This document shows positions 1 through 13,199 of a stretch of DNA of 64,000 bases, piece after piece; the stretch's first letter is position 1, and every line of letters starts with the position of its first letter. Source of the stretch: Octopus vulgaris (Eukaryota); NCBI GenBank assembly GCA_951406725.2, contig OX597820.1, positions 127,286,001 through 127,350,000 on the forward strand. Direction: 5' to 3'. Made by a program: the position numbers and the translations under genes. The notes beneath the pieces were generated by a model, which worked only from the letters and a program-made list of their open reading frames with translations, did no database searches and was not told the origin of the DNA.

Positions 1-2517
1 GGAATATTTTTTTTTTTTACTTGAAAACCAGGAAAGGATTGCTGACAAGAGCAGCATTCAGTTGTAAAATCCTGCCTCAATAACTCTCTGCTTAACCACT
101 GATGGCTTGATCGCTTTTTCCAGTCTGGTATATAAATAACTAAGTGGCCTGAAATTGTTTGAATCCCAAATTACAGAAAAACAGATATGCATGTACACAT
201 ACATACAGAAAATGATCGTTTCGGCTGCACTAAGATTTGCTAAAGACTGTCTATTGTGGTTTATTTTTTCCACGTTTCTAGTAAAAAAAAAAAAACCTTT
301 TTAATTTTCTCCAATTTCAAGACTATTCTGTAATTGCAATTAAACCTTGTAGTAGTAGTAAAAACAATAATGATAGTAATAATAATAATGGAAGTAATGT
401 TTTTGTTTTATAAGGCTATGAAGACATTTGTACGTGAATGCTAGCAAATAATCCAGCCAACTGCATACTCAAAATTGCTTATGGTATTAATATATTAGTT
501 GCTTAACAACATGCATTTCAAATTAGCTTATAGAATTTGGTTTTTATCCTTTTTCACATGACTTCTAGTTGCCTATTTGCAACCTTCTTATTAGTTATTC
601 AATCACATACACACACAGATTGATAGACATGCATGTATATATTTATTTATATATGTGTGTGTGTTGGTGTGTATATATAAATGTGTGTAGGTATATAGAT
701 GGATGTGTATTATGTTGTTTTAGAATTTTGTATTAGAGGTAATTTTCTGAATACCTCTCTTCTGCACCCTCACTGTAATTGTTTTCATTTATATAAGACA
801 TTGCTGTGTGATTAAGTTGTTCAACTTTTTACCATATGGCCATTAGTTCAAACCTTACCACTGTAGACGTTTTACCTCAGCTATTCACAAACTCCAAATT
901 TGCAAGAACACTTCCCACTGGGCCAAGGCAAACAGGATCCAAGAAGGTGTCTGTATCTGCATGCGACCTCATAGACACCTAAAACAATTAGAAAAAGCAT
1001 GGTACATGTTAACTTGTAATACATGCAATACCCATTTACAAGTCACAGCCGACTGTACTGAAATCCACTTCCATAGCTTGACAACCAGTGTTGGTGTGTT
1101 TTCATTCCTGTAACCTAGTGGTTTGGCAAAAGAGTCTGATATAAGTCCTGGAGTTGATTTGTTCAATTAAAACCCTTCAAGGCAGCGCTCCACCATGGCC
1201 ACAGTGAAATGACTGAAACAAGTAAAAGATAAAAGATACACATGCATTCACTGTACCGACCAGAATATCAGATGTGGTTATACACAACTGGTCATAATGC
1301 ACTTTATCACATTGTTTTCGCTTTCAAATGATGCTATCTTGCTAGTTCGGCTGCAGGCCAACATTCCGTCTGAACCACCGAATGCCAATCCGTCTGAACA
1401 AGTTTACTTATTAACAGCAGCTGAGTGGACTGAAGTAGTGTGAAACAGTGTTTGGCTCAAGAACATAACAACGGTGCCCAATCTGGGAATCAAAACTGCA
1501 ATCTCACTATCATGAGTGCAACACCCAAACCACTAGGCCATGTGCCTTCATTTGTGTGTGTGGGTGTGGGTGTGTGTATTCTTTTACTTGTTTCAGTTGG
1601 CTGACTGCAGCCAGGCTGGTGCACTTTTATACTCTAGGCACAAGGCCTGACATTTTTGGAGAGGGGGCCAGTCGATTTGATCGACCCCCAAAAGGATGAA
1701 AGACAGTCGACCTCGGCAGAATTTGAACTCAGAATGTAGACAGACGAAATGCCACTAAATATTTCACCCAACATGCTAACGTTTCTGCCAGCTCACCGCC
1801 TTGCCATGCTGGAGCACTGCCAATATATGTGTGTGTGTGTATATATATAGGAAATAGTGGCACAACAAGGTACCAGTTTTTGCTGGAGATAGCAGTCGAT
1901 GACTGTACAATGCTAGGTAAAACTTCACTGAATGTGTGCAGGCAGCCAACATAAGAAAATTTTCGTCTTATCTCTGGGAAGAATTCCAGAGAAATGGACA
2001 ACCTAGTACTCGAGTTTTGAACTTTTCAGAATACGTTTGTTATCTCAATACTGATTGGTTTGCCGATAGACTAAATTTTAAAAGGTCTGCTACACCAGTA
2101 CCTATTATACTCAGTCATGAGCCCCAGGCATAAACAGAACCAAGATCGGTGAAAAAGTTTTATTTAAAAATTATAAACATTACAATACCATAAAGGTAGA
2201 ATTATAAATAGGAAATAGTTTCACAACAAGGTACCAATTTTTGCTGGAAATAGCAGTTGAGACTGATAGAATAAGTACTAGGCTTAAAACAAATTAATCC
2301 CAAGGTCAATTTGTTCAACTAAAACCCTTCAAGGTGGTGCTCCAGCATGGTCGCAGTCAAATGAGTGAAACAAATGAGAGAATACACACACACTCACAGT
2401 TTCTTGGATCATTTATTTACATTGAGCTTTACCTAGTTTTCATAGGCCTTAATATATGAAGGAAATTTTAAATTTCCTTGTTTACAAATATATATGTCAA
2501 AGAAATCTATTACTGTT

Positions 2518-2623
2518 GTCATCATCATCATCGTCATCGTCATCATCATCATCGTCATCATCATCGTCGTCATCATCATCATCGTCATCATCGTCGTCAT
2601 CATCATCATCGTCATCATCATCG
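2518..2623. repeat. (CAT/CGT)n trinucleotide microsatellite
   Basis: Directly visible. Confidence 0.95.
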
Positions 2624-4526
2624 TTGTCCTTCTGTTGTAATAACCTGTTGGTTTCCCTTAGATAGTGTCAGAGGTTAGACTGGTTGTTGAAAGGAAACAA
2701 AAATACAGAAGACTTCAGCAAAAGTTTTGTATTTATTTATTTATTCATTTATTTTATATTTGTTTATTTCCATTTGCCATCATCAAAGAACAGGAAGCTT
2801 CAGGAATGTTTATGAATGAGTTTTTTTCCTTTTTTTCTATGGGAGCAGCAGGTTGGGTGGAGTAGAGTGGGGCTGGTGTAGAGGGGTGTGTATATGATAA
2901 TAATTTTAAATTTAATGAATTTCCTTTTCCTTTTCCAAATCTTTCTTTTTCATTTCTGTATTTCTTTCCTTCGTGTTGCAACCGCTTGTTTTCCACTTCT
3001 GTTGCTTGCATTCAACCCCCCCCCCCCCTGACATCAGCTCCACCACCACCTCCTCTGCATGGCACCAACCACTGCCTGACACAGTCAGCACTTTCTTAAC
3101 TCTGCCGCCTCTATCACTGTCCTCTCCCCGACTCACAACTATTCTGCACCACTCAGCTGTGCCCTCTACTTCCACCACCAAAACCACCACCACCACCATC
3201 ATCATCATCATCTAATTATCCGTCTCTTCTCGTGATGCCAGGGCCACCACCAGTCTGCCCCACCCCACCCCACCATCTTGCACCACTTTAACACCTCCTC
3301 CCACTTTCATCTTGCACTCGTTTTGCACCCCTCTGACTGACACTAATACCACTACAGTCCTCCACTACTCACCTTACATTTTCTACCCCCCCATCCCCAT
3401 CACCTGACAGTCCCTGCCCTCACACAATCCTGCGCCACTGCTGCCATGATCCTCTTTCCCACCCCTTCTACCCTTTCTTCCACCACCCCACACTGTCATC
3501 ATGCGGCACCACATTGTTGCACCCCATTCTAAAAAACCTCTGTCAACCCCAATCCTCCATTAAACTCCCTCTCTCTCTCCCTTTCTCTCTCTCCCACCCT
3601 CCCTCTCTCTCTCCCCCTCTCTCTCTCATCTGTAATGAAATATCCTGCATCTAGTTTCTATACACATATTGGAACATTTTATTTATTTATTTTTTTCATT
3701 ATAAATCACTCTCTTCTCTTCTCTTGCTCTCCCTCTCTCTCCTCTCTCTCTCCTTTCCTATTCCTTTTGTAACTTGTCAATTTTTCTTTTTATTCTTCAA
3801 GAAACTTACTCATTGCCATTTTCTTACTATTCAAGAAAATGGCAAAGTATTTTATTATCATTATTGATATTTTATATTTCATTTTTTGTCTATCATCTTT
3901 TTTTTTTAATTCAGTTTTTTTTTCTTCTGCCCTTCAGCATCATGCACAATTTCTATGTGCTTCAGGTGCCTGCAGTTGCATGCATGCATGCATGTATGTA
4001 TTATGCGATAGTGCGTTAGAGAGGAGAGAGAGAGAGAGAGCAAAATTATTCTCGTTTATTAGAGAGAGGGTCCTATGTAAAATGTGAGCTGTTTTTGTTT
4101 TTTGTTCCTTTGTAGTTTTCAATATGTTGATAAATGAATTGAATTTGTTCATATTTTCTTTTTTTTCTGTTTTCTTGTTTGTTTGTTTCTATTGCCCACC
4201 ACTTCGCTACCATTAATTGAGATGGATTTTTTTTTTTCTCTTTTAATCTTTGTTTTCCTTTCCTTCTGCCCTCCTCGTTTCATGCATTTGATTTCTGCCC
4301 CACCTCTTACCTCAGCTGTTTATGTTCTTCAATACCTTAGGTGTTGCTTAGTCTAGCTTGTAGTTATTGGTATTTCAACTGCTACCAAAACAACAACACA
4401 TGTAGTTTTTACTATCAAATAAGTAATTAAGACATGCAGTGTGTATGTATATGAATGTTTATATATAGTCCAGTGGTTCAGTTGTTTTTCCCAATCATAA
4501 AAGCTAAGGTTCAATCTCATTACTTG

Positions 4527-4790
4527 GCATCATCATCATCATTTAACGTCCGCTTTCCATGCTAGCATGGGTTGGACGATTTGACTGAGGTCTGGTGAAT
4601 TAGACTCCAATCTGATCTGGCAGAGTTTCTACAGCTGGATGCCCTTCCTAACGCCAACCACTCCGAGAGTGTAGTGGGTGCTTTTACGTGCCACTGGCAT
4701 GAGGGCCAGTCAGGTAGTACTGGCAACGGCCACGCCCAAATGGTGCTTTTTATGTGCCACCTGCACAGGAGCCAGTCCAGCAGCACTGGT
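4527..4790 (-). mobile_element. RTE 3'-UTR-derived repeat copy
   Basis: (CAT)n-TTTAACGTCCGCTTTCCATGCTAGCATGGGTTGGACG... closely matches 53577-53830. Other copies lie near 19290-19440, 22740-22900, 35712-35940, 37185-37500 and 48990-49315. Confidence 0.75.
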
Positions 4791-6380
4791 GACTCTATGG
4801 AATATTTTTTTCCATAGTCTTGGGTTGGTACAAGCCCCAAGAGCTGACTGGCTTGATGGAAACAGTGTGTTACATATTGTGTTGTGCTGAGTCTGCTTCA
4901 GTATTGTTGTAAGGACACACATGTCTCTGTGGAATATTCAGCCACTTACGTGTTAGTTGGAATAAGAAAGTTGAGCAGTTGATAAAACAACTGAATGGTC
5001 TTGTCAGGAAATATGCAGAAGCCTTCCACATTTGTGTGTGTGTATGTGTGTGCATATGAATAATATATGAAGTTGAGAGACAGACAGAATTCATGAGAAG
5101 AATAATTTAGTTACGTCTATTTGCACTTGAAGGTTGGCTTTACTTTTCCTTCTGAAGCTGATAAAGTACCAAAAAGGTACTTTATCAAAATAAAGTTATG
5201 CCCCAGAATGCCTACAGTCCAATGACTAACAACCAGCAATGGTTTCAAATGTTGGTACTAGGCCAGTAATTTCTGAGGAGGGATTATGTCAATTACATCG
5301 ACCCCAGCACTCAACTGGTATTTATTTTCATCAACCCCAAAAGGTTGAAAGGCAAAAGTGACCTTGGCAGAATTTGAACTTGAAACATACAGACAGAAAA
5401 ATGCCACTAAGCGTTTTCTCTGGCATGCTGTGCTGTCACCAGCTTGTCACCTTAACTAACACTAATAATATGAGAACATACAAGTATGTGTGTGTATATG
5501 TATTTATATGTGTGTGTATATGTGTTTATTTATGTATGTGTATGTTTATATGTTTGTGTATGTGCTTATTTATATATGTGTTTATGTGTTTATTTATATG
5601 TGTGTGTATAAATGGAAGACCCCCCCCCACTTCAGTCCTGAATGACAATAGGATTGCACCTAGAAAGTTCCCCTCCAAGGTGCAAGTCTTGGCAAGGTTG
5701 TTTATAAAAAACCAGCAATCACCCATGCATACCAGCTTCTCCTCTCCACACCACTGATATTACCCAAGGGAAAGGCAAAAGGGGCCGATACAGCTTGGCA
5801 CCAGTGATGTCACAACTCATTTCTGCAGCTGAGTGAACTGGAGCAACGTGAAATGAAGCATCTTGCTCAAAACACATCACACAGTTCAGTCCAGGAATCA
5901 AACTCACTACCTCATGATTGTGGAACCCACACTCCAACCACTCAGCCATGCACCTTCACGCGTGTGTTTTCATCCAAAATGGAGACGGACACTATTCCTC
6001 CATGTGATTGGCTTGAAAAATTATTAAAGATCATAAGAAACTTAACATGAAACCATTGGTAGCCTTAATACATAAACAAATTAATCCACCAATGCGGTGT
6101 TGAGCACTCACTCTCTTCATTTGACATTTACACACACACACACACACACAAACACACATTTATGAAAGAGATATTAGGGAGCACAAATATGCTGGGGGTT
6201 TTCATAGTGCTGGTACACATTTTATTTGTAATTATTATACATGTGTCCTGTCATCATGTAGAAGAGAAATTTTGTTTTTAGCATTGGTCATTGGAGGCGG
6301 GGACAGTATCAAAGAGTCTCCCAGGCTGGTGAAATAAATTAATGTGGCTGATACGCAGTTAAAGCAGCAGTAGTAGATTG

Positions 6381-6536
6381 TGTATTTGGACAATTACCCC
6401 AGACAATAACTACCCCCTAGGACATTTACCTCCCCTTAATGAATTACCCCCTTTCCAATATATTAAGAAGTTTTAAATCATCATCTGTTGTCCTTGGGGT
6501 GGTTATTGTCCTTGGGGGGGTAAATGTCCTAGACTC
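6381..6536. mobile_element. Small MITE with inverted subterminal GGACA(A/T)TTACCCC units
   Basis: Left-side GGACAATTACCCC-type units are mirrored by GGGGTAAATGTCC / GGTTATTGTCC on the right. Flanked by AGTAGATTG and AATAGATTG. Confidence 0.55.
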
Positions 6537-6620
6537 AATAGATTGATATCTGTTGAAAAACTATGGGCTGAGGGAAGAATTTCAAAGAGATATATTGCAG
6601 GGGAAGAAGGATAGTGGGGT

Positions 6621-7112
6621 CAGCCTCTAATGATATGCATAAGATCTGTTCATCAAATCTAAGTAGAGATTTCAAACTTAAAATCTTCAAAGCCACAGTC
6701 GAACCAATTCTACTATATGGCTCAGAAACCTGGACGTTATCAAAGAAGCTTGAGAGGCAGTTGGATGGTATCTTACACTCGCCTCCTTATGAGAGCTCTA
6801 AATCTCTCGTGGAAGTGTCATCCAACCAAAGTACAAATATATGGGAAATTACCACCTGTGTCATCTCTTGTGAAAGGTAGGAGAGTCCAGTTCGCTGGAC
6901 ATTGTTGTAGAGCTGAAAACGAGGTAATTTCTACTCTTCTCCTCTGGAAGCCATCTGCTCACGATACCAGAGGGCGCACATTCTCCTATCCTGATGTAAT
7001 CTCCAGGGATACAGGCATCCAGCACCAGGACCTCCGTAATGCTATGATGGATCGTGAAGTCTGGCGTAACGTAGTAAATTCCATTGTCTCGACCATGGTG
7101 GAACAATGATGG
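6621..7112 (+). mobile_element. 5'-truncated RTE-clade LINE (C-terminal ORF remnant with one frameshift)
   Basis: Translates to ...KIFKATVEPILLYGSETWTL...RRVQFAGHCCR...DREVWR, typical RTE C-terminal motifs. Flanked by the direct repeat TAGTGGGGT (6612-6620 and 7113-7121), a likely TSD. Confidence 0.85.
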
Positions 7113-9803
7113 TAGTGGGGTGAGGTATTTAGTGCAGGGTTTGAGAGGTGAGGGGCACAGTGTGGGTGGCAGCTCAGAGAACTCGGCTTTCTAGTTGCGA
7201 GATGTAAAAGAAAGAAAAAAAAACATTGCAGTAGCAATAAATGGAATAGAATTCTGTCTTTCTTTCTCTCGTTATTTTTTTGGCCAGTTAAGCAGGAGAG
7301 GGGCCAGGGACCATGATCCTTATCTCAGGTGGTAGGGAGAAAGGCTCAACACTTGCCCAACACAGTGAGGAGGACAGGTCAACGTGATTGTGATGGGTAA
7401 GAAATGCTGTGAGGTAGTTATGAGAAGTAGAAACCATCCCAATGTCCATAAATGTTTGTACACACACACACACCTTTTTACCATTTATCTTTTACTTATT
7501 TCAGCCTTAAAGACTAATTATGTTGGAGCGTTGCCTTGAAAAATTTTCAGTCAAATGGATTGACCTTAGTACTAATTTTTATTATTATTTAAGCTTAGTA
7601 CTTATTCTACTGGTCTCTATTACCAAACCTCTAAGTTACAGAGGTGTAAGCAAACACCACTGGTTGTCAGGTGGTGGTGGGGGATAGTCATGGTCATGTG
7701 ATAAGAAACTTGCTTCTCAACCACATGGCTCCGGGTTCAGTCCTACTGTGTGGGAACATGGACAAATATCTTCTACTATAGCCTCAAGGCTGATCAAAGC
7801 CCTCTGAGTAGAATTGGTAGACAGAAACTAAAAGAAACCAATCATATGTGTGTGTCGGGTCAAACAGAATTTGTTAAGGCAGATTTTCTATGGTCAGGTG
7901 TCTTTATTGCCAGTCTTCATCTGTTTCCTTATTTCTTTATTGCCCACAAGGGGCTAAACATAGAGGGGACAAACAAGACAGACAAAGGGGTTAAGTCGAT
8001 TACCTCGACCTGAGTGCGTAACTGGTACTTAATTTATCAACCCCAAAAGGATGAAAGGCAAAGTTGACCTCAGGGGAATTTGAATTCAGAACGTAACAGC
8101 AAACAAAATACCAATCAGCATTTCGCCCGGCCTTTCTAATGTTTCTGCCAGCTCGCCACCTAAATCTGTTTCCAAATATGGTTAATATTTCCCCATGTCA
8201 AGGCATCTTTCTACAGAAGATTAGAAATAGACACTGCTTGCATGATGGTGACACTTGTTTACGACTATCACATGATGACAAGAGAAGGCGACAGTAATAG
8301 GTCAGCTCAGAGGGTGGTATCTATAATCCATTAATAGAGCTTCAAGGACATGACAGATAATAATGGCGAAGGAGGATGTCCCAACAGAGTGAACTTAGCT
8401 AAAATCATGCAAGGGACAGGTGGTGGTATGAAACTAAATGACAAATTAAGTCTGTTGTCTAAGTTGGATACGGTAGGATTTGAACTCGGAATGTAGACAC
8501 CCAGAACCCAGCAATTCAACCAGGTTACCACTCTAGTCTGATACTTTAATAATTATGGAAGGCATGAAAAGAAGTATATTCATTTGTGAATATATGTGTG
8601 TGTGTGTGTGGTGTGAAGGAGAGAGAGAGAGAGAAGGACAGATATGATAGACAGAAAGAAAAGCGTAATCAAATTGCGATGGCAACCGGAGCACTAGCAG
8701 CTTTGCCATAGACACACAGACACACGTTAGCATCAACCTTGCCTTGCCTGGCTGCAGCAACAGCAGCAGCTTCAACCGCAAAACAGCAGCAGCAGCAGTA
8801 GTAAACACTACAGAGGTAGATTTTGGTAACCACTTCAGTATTGATCTGTTGTACAGTTTTGTGTTGTACAGCAGTTGGCTGGCGAGCAGGGCCCACAGTT
8901 AGATCAGCTGTGTAGCATCACGGCAGCCGGCAACAGCAACAACAACAACCTCAATCACTGTCCCTTCTCATAACAACACATAAGCATATACAGATACACA
9001 TAGAAATACACACACACATACACACATTTCACACATACACGTGTGTCACACAACTATTTGCAACTATTTTCTATACTTGCCTGGTTGTTAGTTCTATACT
9101 TATGACAATCACATATAAACACACATTATAGATACTTGTGTTAAGGTATAATATATATATATATATATCCATATCCAAACTACTGTCACTTGTCCGGTAT
9201 AGTTGGCTGTAAAACTGTGATGAAAGTGAAAGAGGAAAAAAAGCCAACAAGAAAACACAAATATAAAAAAAGGAAAGAAAATATTGTCGGTGTCTCATTT
9301 ACCGGATAATTAACTAACTACTAATTGTCAGTGCTGTGCAAAGCCCATCTTTGAAACAATCAGTGAAGGATTTCAGAGGTTTGTTGGCTGCTTTTTCTAC
9401 CTGGTTATTGTCATCCTTACTATCTGCTGTTGTGGATACTGAAAGTAGGTGCTTTACTGTTTTTTTTTTGCCAAATAAGCAGAATAGTGAAGAACCTAAA
9501 TTTGAAAGGCTTTATGTGAGCATTGCTAGAAGTGAGTGTGTGACAGTTTACATGCACACATACATATATATACATACATATGAGAATGTGTGTATATGTA
9601 TATACGAGTGTGTGTAAATATATATATATATATATGAGTTTGTGTGTGTGTTTCTCTCCTTGTTTTTTTCTGTGTCCCTTTCTGTAGAAGAGCGTAGGCT
9701 CGAAACGTAAAAGACTTTTTCTATTCCTGAGTGTTATACTAATACATCTGTTTGTTTTCTACACCACCTGTCTTCGTCTTTTGTTTTTTTCGTAAACTCT
9801 CCC

Positions 9804-9834
<31 letters not shown>

Positions 9835-10211
9835 GATAGAGAGTTTGTGTGTGTGAAATTTATGATGCTGATTCAAATAATCTGCTTGTTTGACACAACT
9901 TGCGTACTTGGGCTTTTTAATTGGTGTAGGCTACCTGTTTCATATCTCATTCATAAATTCATGTATTTGTTGTTGTTGTTGTTATTATTTGCTTAGCGTT
10001 TTCCTCTTAGCCTCTTCTTCCAACTCTATCCACTTTATACTTTTTTCTCCCCAAAAGAATTTACAATTCTTTCTCCCCTTTGTCTGTTTTCATATTTATG
10101 CACACACATCAAGGGATAAATTGGTGTGCAAACTGTATACCAATTTATACCTACATGTGTGTGCATAGGATATGTATACACAATGAATTGAGGATGATAA
10201 GGGAATGGTTA

Positions 10212-10458
10212 TTAACCCTTTCGTTACTATTTTTCTGCTTTTTGTTTCAAACGATTTTGAAAATAATAAAAATTTTGATATTTTACGAAATTCTTTGTTA
10301 TCTTCAGAATTACTTTATCATTCAAACTGGTGCTTTGGACATAAATTAGCTTGAAATTTTGATGAAAGGTTTTATATTTAGATCATTTTAGTACTGGCAG
10401 GAAGTTTCAATCATAGAATTACAGGTGGTCTCATGCTGGTTGGTATCAAAGGGGTTAA
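10212..10458. mobile_element. TTAA-flanked MITE family A (piggyBac-like ends)
   Basis: Structure TTAA-CCCTTT...AAAGGGG-TTAA, with homologous copies at 44909-45135, 45264-45493, 47095-47545 and 50049-50269. Confidence 0.7.
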
Positions 10459-13164
10459 ATAATGAAATGCAGGAGAAAATGTTTCTGAAACTAGTAGGAG
10501 ATATTTTATATTTGTTTTCTATTTATTTTATTTTTGTTACATTTTGTTATTTGTTTATTTGACCTTTGAGATTAACAAGTTATTCCAGCTTAAATTCTTT
10601 TTGTTTGTTTTTCTTTTTTTCTCTTTCTCTTTTCATACTTTTTTATCTTTCATCTTCAGCTCTGCTGTCCTGTTTAATTATCTACTTAAATATTTGCTAG
10701 GTGATATTCTGTCTGTCTGTCTGTGTGTGTGTGTGTGCAATTATCAATCTGTTTGCTGCATACGCTTTCCTTTCGGATACCTCTGTCACCTTACAGATAG
10801 TGAGTAGCCTTCAGCACAAACACAACTCTTTCTAGAGCTGCAGGTATGTGTTAGTGTCTTTACTTGTGAAGAAGTCTGAATCTGATAGCAACAGGCTTTG
10901 TCATACTTGTGGACCAAACAGTTAGCACTATGTAATCTTTACAACTTCCAGCTATTGAGATTTTTAGAACAACCGAATGATTAAGTGGGGAAGAAGCTGT
11001 CTTTCCTAACCACATGGCCTTGGGTTCAGTCTCTTTGCTTTTTGGTCTCTTGGCATGTGTCTTCTAATACAGTCTTGAATTGGCTAATGTTTATTGAGTG
11101 AAATTGGCAGAAGGAAACTATGCAGAAGCCCGTGTATGTGTGTGTGCAGGTATTATGTGTCTGTCTTTATTGAAAAACAATACGTATTCTCTGTTTGTCT
11201 TGTGACTCAGTGATGTAATAAATGAAGATAATTACCAGAGTTTTAAAAAGAAATTAATTTTAGAGTTGATACAGTCAACTAAATCTCTTTAGTGTACTGC
11301 TTCAGCATGGCCACGACCAACAACTACAACAAGTTAGCATGGGAAAATATTTCAACTTTTTGTTGTAGAATTGGTTTGTTTTCTGGTTGAGCCTCACTTC
11401 CTGGTCCTTGGATTCCTTTAAGAGAATCCACTCCGTTACAAGTATTCATCCCAGACTTTTTGCTCTGAAGGTAACCTTACCCCCCTCTTCTTTCCTACTT
11501 GTAGGTGTTTCAATGGGCTCTGGTATTGCCCTTCCTCTTCTGAGTTAATTCCAAAAAGAGACTAAACTACCCCAGAATTTTCTACCTCATTCAAAGTTAA
11601 TTCTGTCTGGTGCATGTAGCCCTGAAAGATGGTGGGGTGGGTATTAAGACAAGTTAGGTTTTATTATTTGTTCACTTTTTGTTTTTATGGTCACACAAAC
11701 AAGGTCAGGCTGGTTATAAACTAAGTGAACACGAAATTTCATTTGGATCCTGTGTAGGGGCTGAGATACTTTGTATTCTCCCAAGCATGCATCGCACATC
11801 TTGTTGTCCCCTTGCCTTACAACAATTGAGACCCTTGAACTGCCCCATCTTCTTCACCCTGTTGCTCACTTCCCCATCATCAGTCTACTTTATTCTCCAT
11901 CAGGCCTACGTATTAGAGATTGCATCAAAGCACCTCACTGTTTTCATTCCCCCACTCTTCACTCGACCCGGGTCTCAGAGACGGCATTAAGCCACCCTCA
12001 TGCCTTCATAAATCCACCCCTCCACTGCATCTCCCCTAAACTCTTCACTCTTCTGCCGGCCATCACACTCTCAAACCATTAGAGCACTTGTATTTGCTAA
12101 CCATCACCTAATCTTTATCTTATCCCATCATCCACCCTCAGTTTTGTTCCCTCAACCTTAGCGCTTTGTCTGTTGCCCTAATCTTTATTTTATCTCATTA
12201 CCCACCCAACCACCCAACCGTTATCCATCTCTGCTCTTGCCAGTCTCTTGCTTCCTGACTCCATTTTGCAATCCAGATCCTTCTCACATCCTCATGCTCT
12301 CTTCTAATCCCCTTCTTTCATCACTTCAGCAAATATACGCGGCCAAGGTTACTGTGTACTCTCACTACTTACTTGCTCCTCCCACTTCTGACTTTTCTGC
12401 TGGTGTCACTCCAAACCCCTGTTTCCCTTCCATAGTCTAGATGTCTTAGCTGTGTCTACTCTCTACCTTATTCTTTCCACAACATATTTCCCTCTTGTGC
12501 CCCAACAGAAAACTTACAACTTTCACTCCCTGGCCGTGACAGATGCAAAACAATCTCTTTCCTGCTGATACATGAAAAATGCACCCAGTCCACTCTGTAA
12601 AGTGGTCAGCAAAAGAAATAGCATCTAAGCACACAAAACCAGGCCTAAGGACATGTATGAACATCAATCTTTGGAAAGAGCAACTCCCAGTAAAAGTTGA
12701 TTTGAATAGTGGTGTATATGTGGTTAGGAATTACTGAGTTTTCACTGTTTTTGGAAATAATCTTCATTCTGAAACCAGACTAACGAGACTTTCTGGTTAA
12801 TTTGTGATGTAGGTGTCTTCAATTGCTTCAGTTTATTGGTTTCCTGTTGAACTGATCATAAGGACCCACCAAACATCTGTGGCACCAGTTTTTGAAATTG
12901 GATTGGATTTTGGTGAGGGCCAGCTTATGGTTCTTTTTCTAGGATTCAGTGATTTGTAACATTGGTCTGTTGTAATTGCAGCTAAATCGTTGGTATTTTA
13001 ATGCAGTTTCATTTGAATTTGTGCTAAATATATCTTCTTTGTATGTTTAGTGTATATTACACACAGACACAGGACTAGTGTCCAGGAATATTGCTGTCTA
13101 TATGTCACAGCTGTAATATACTGACTGTAATATAATATAAAGAATTTTAGTAGTAGCATTCATA

Positions 13165-13199
<35 letters not shown>

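Noticed and set aside
2433-2678. Poly-Met/Ser/His ORFs
   Set aside because: These are translations of a (CAT/CGT)n microsatellite with no splice or homology support.
11771-12082. Possible GIY-YIG/Penelope remnant (HPVAHF)
   Set aside because: Only one short motif in decayed C-rich sequence, too weak to call without a profile search.
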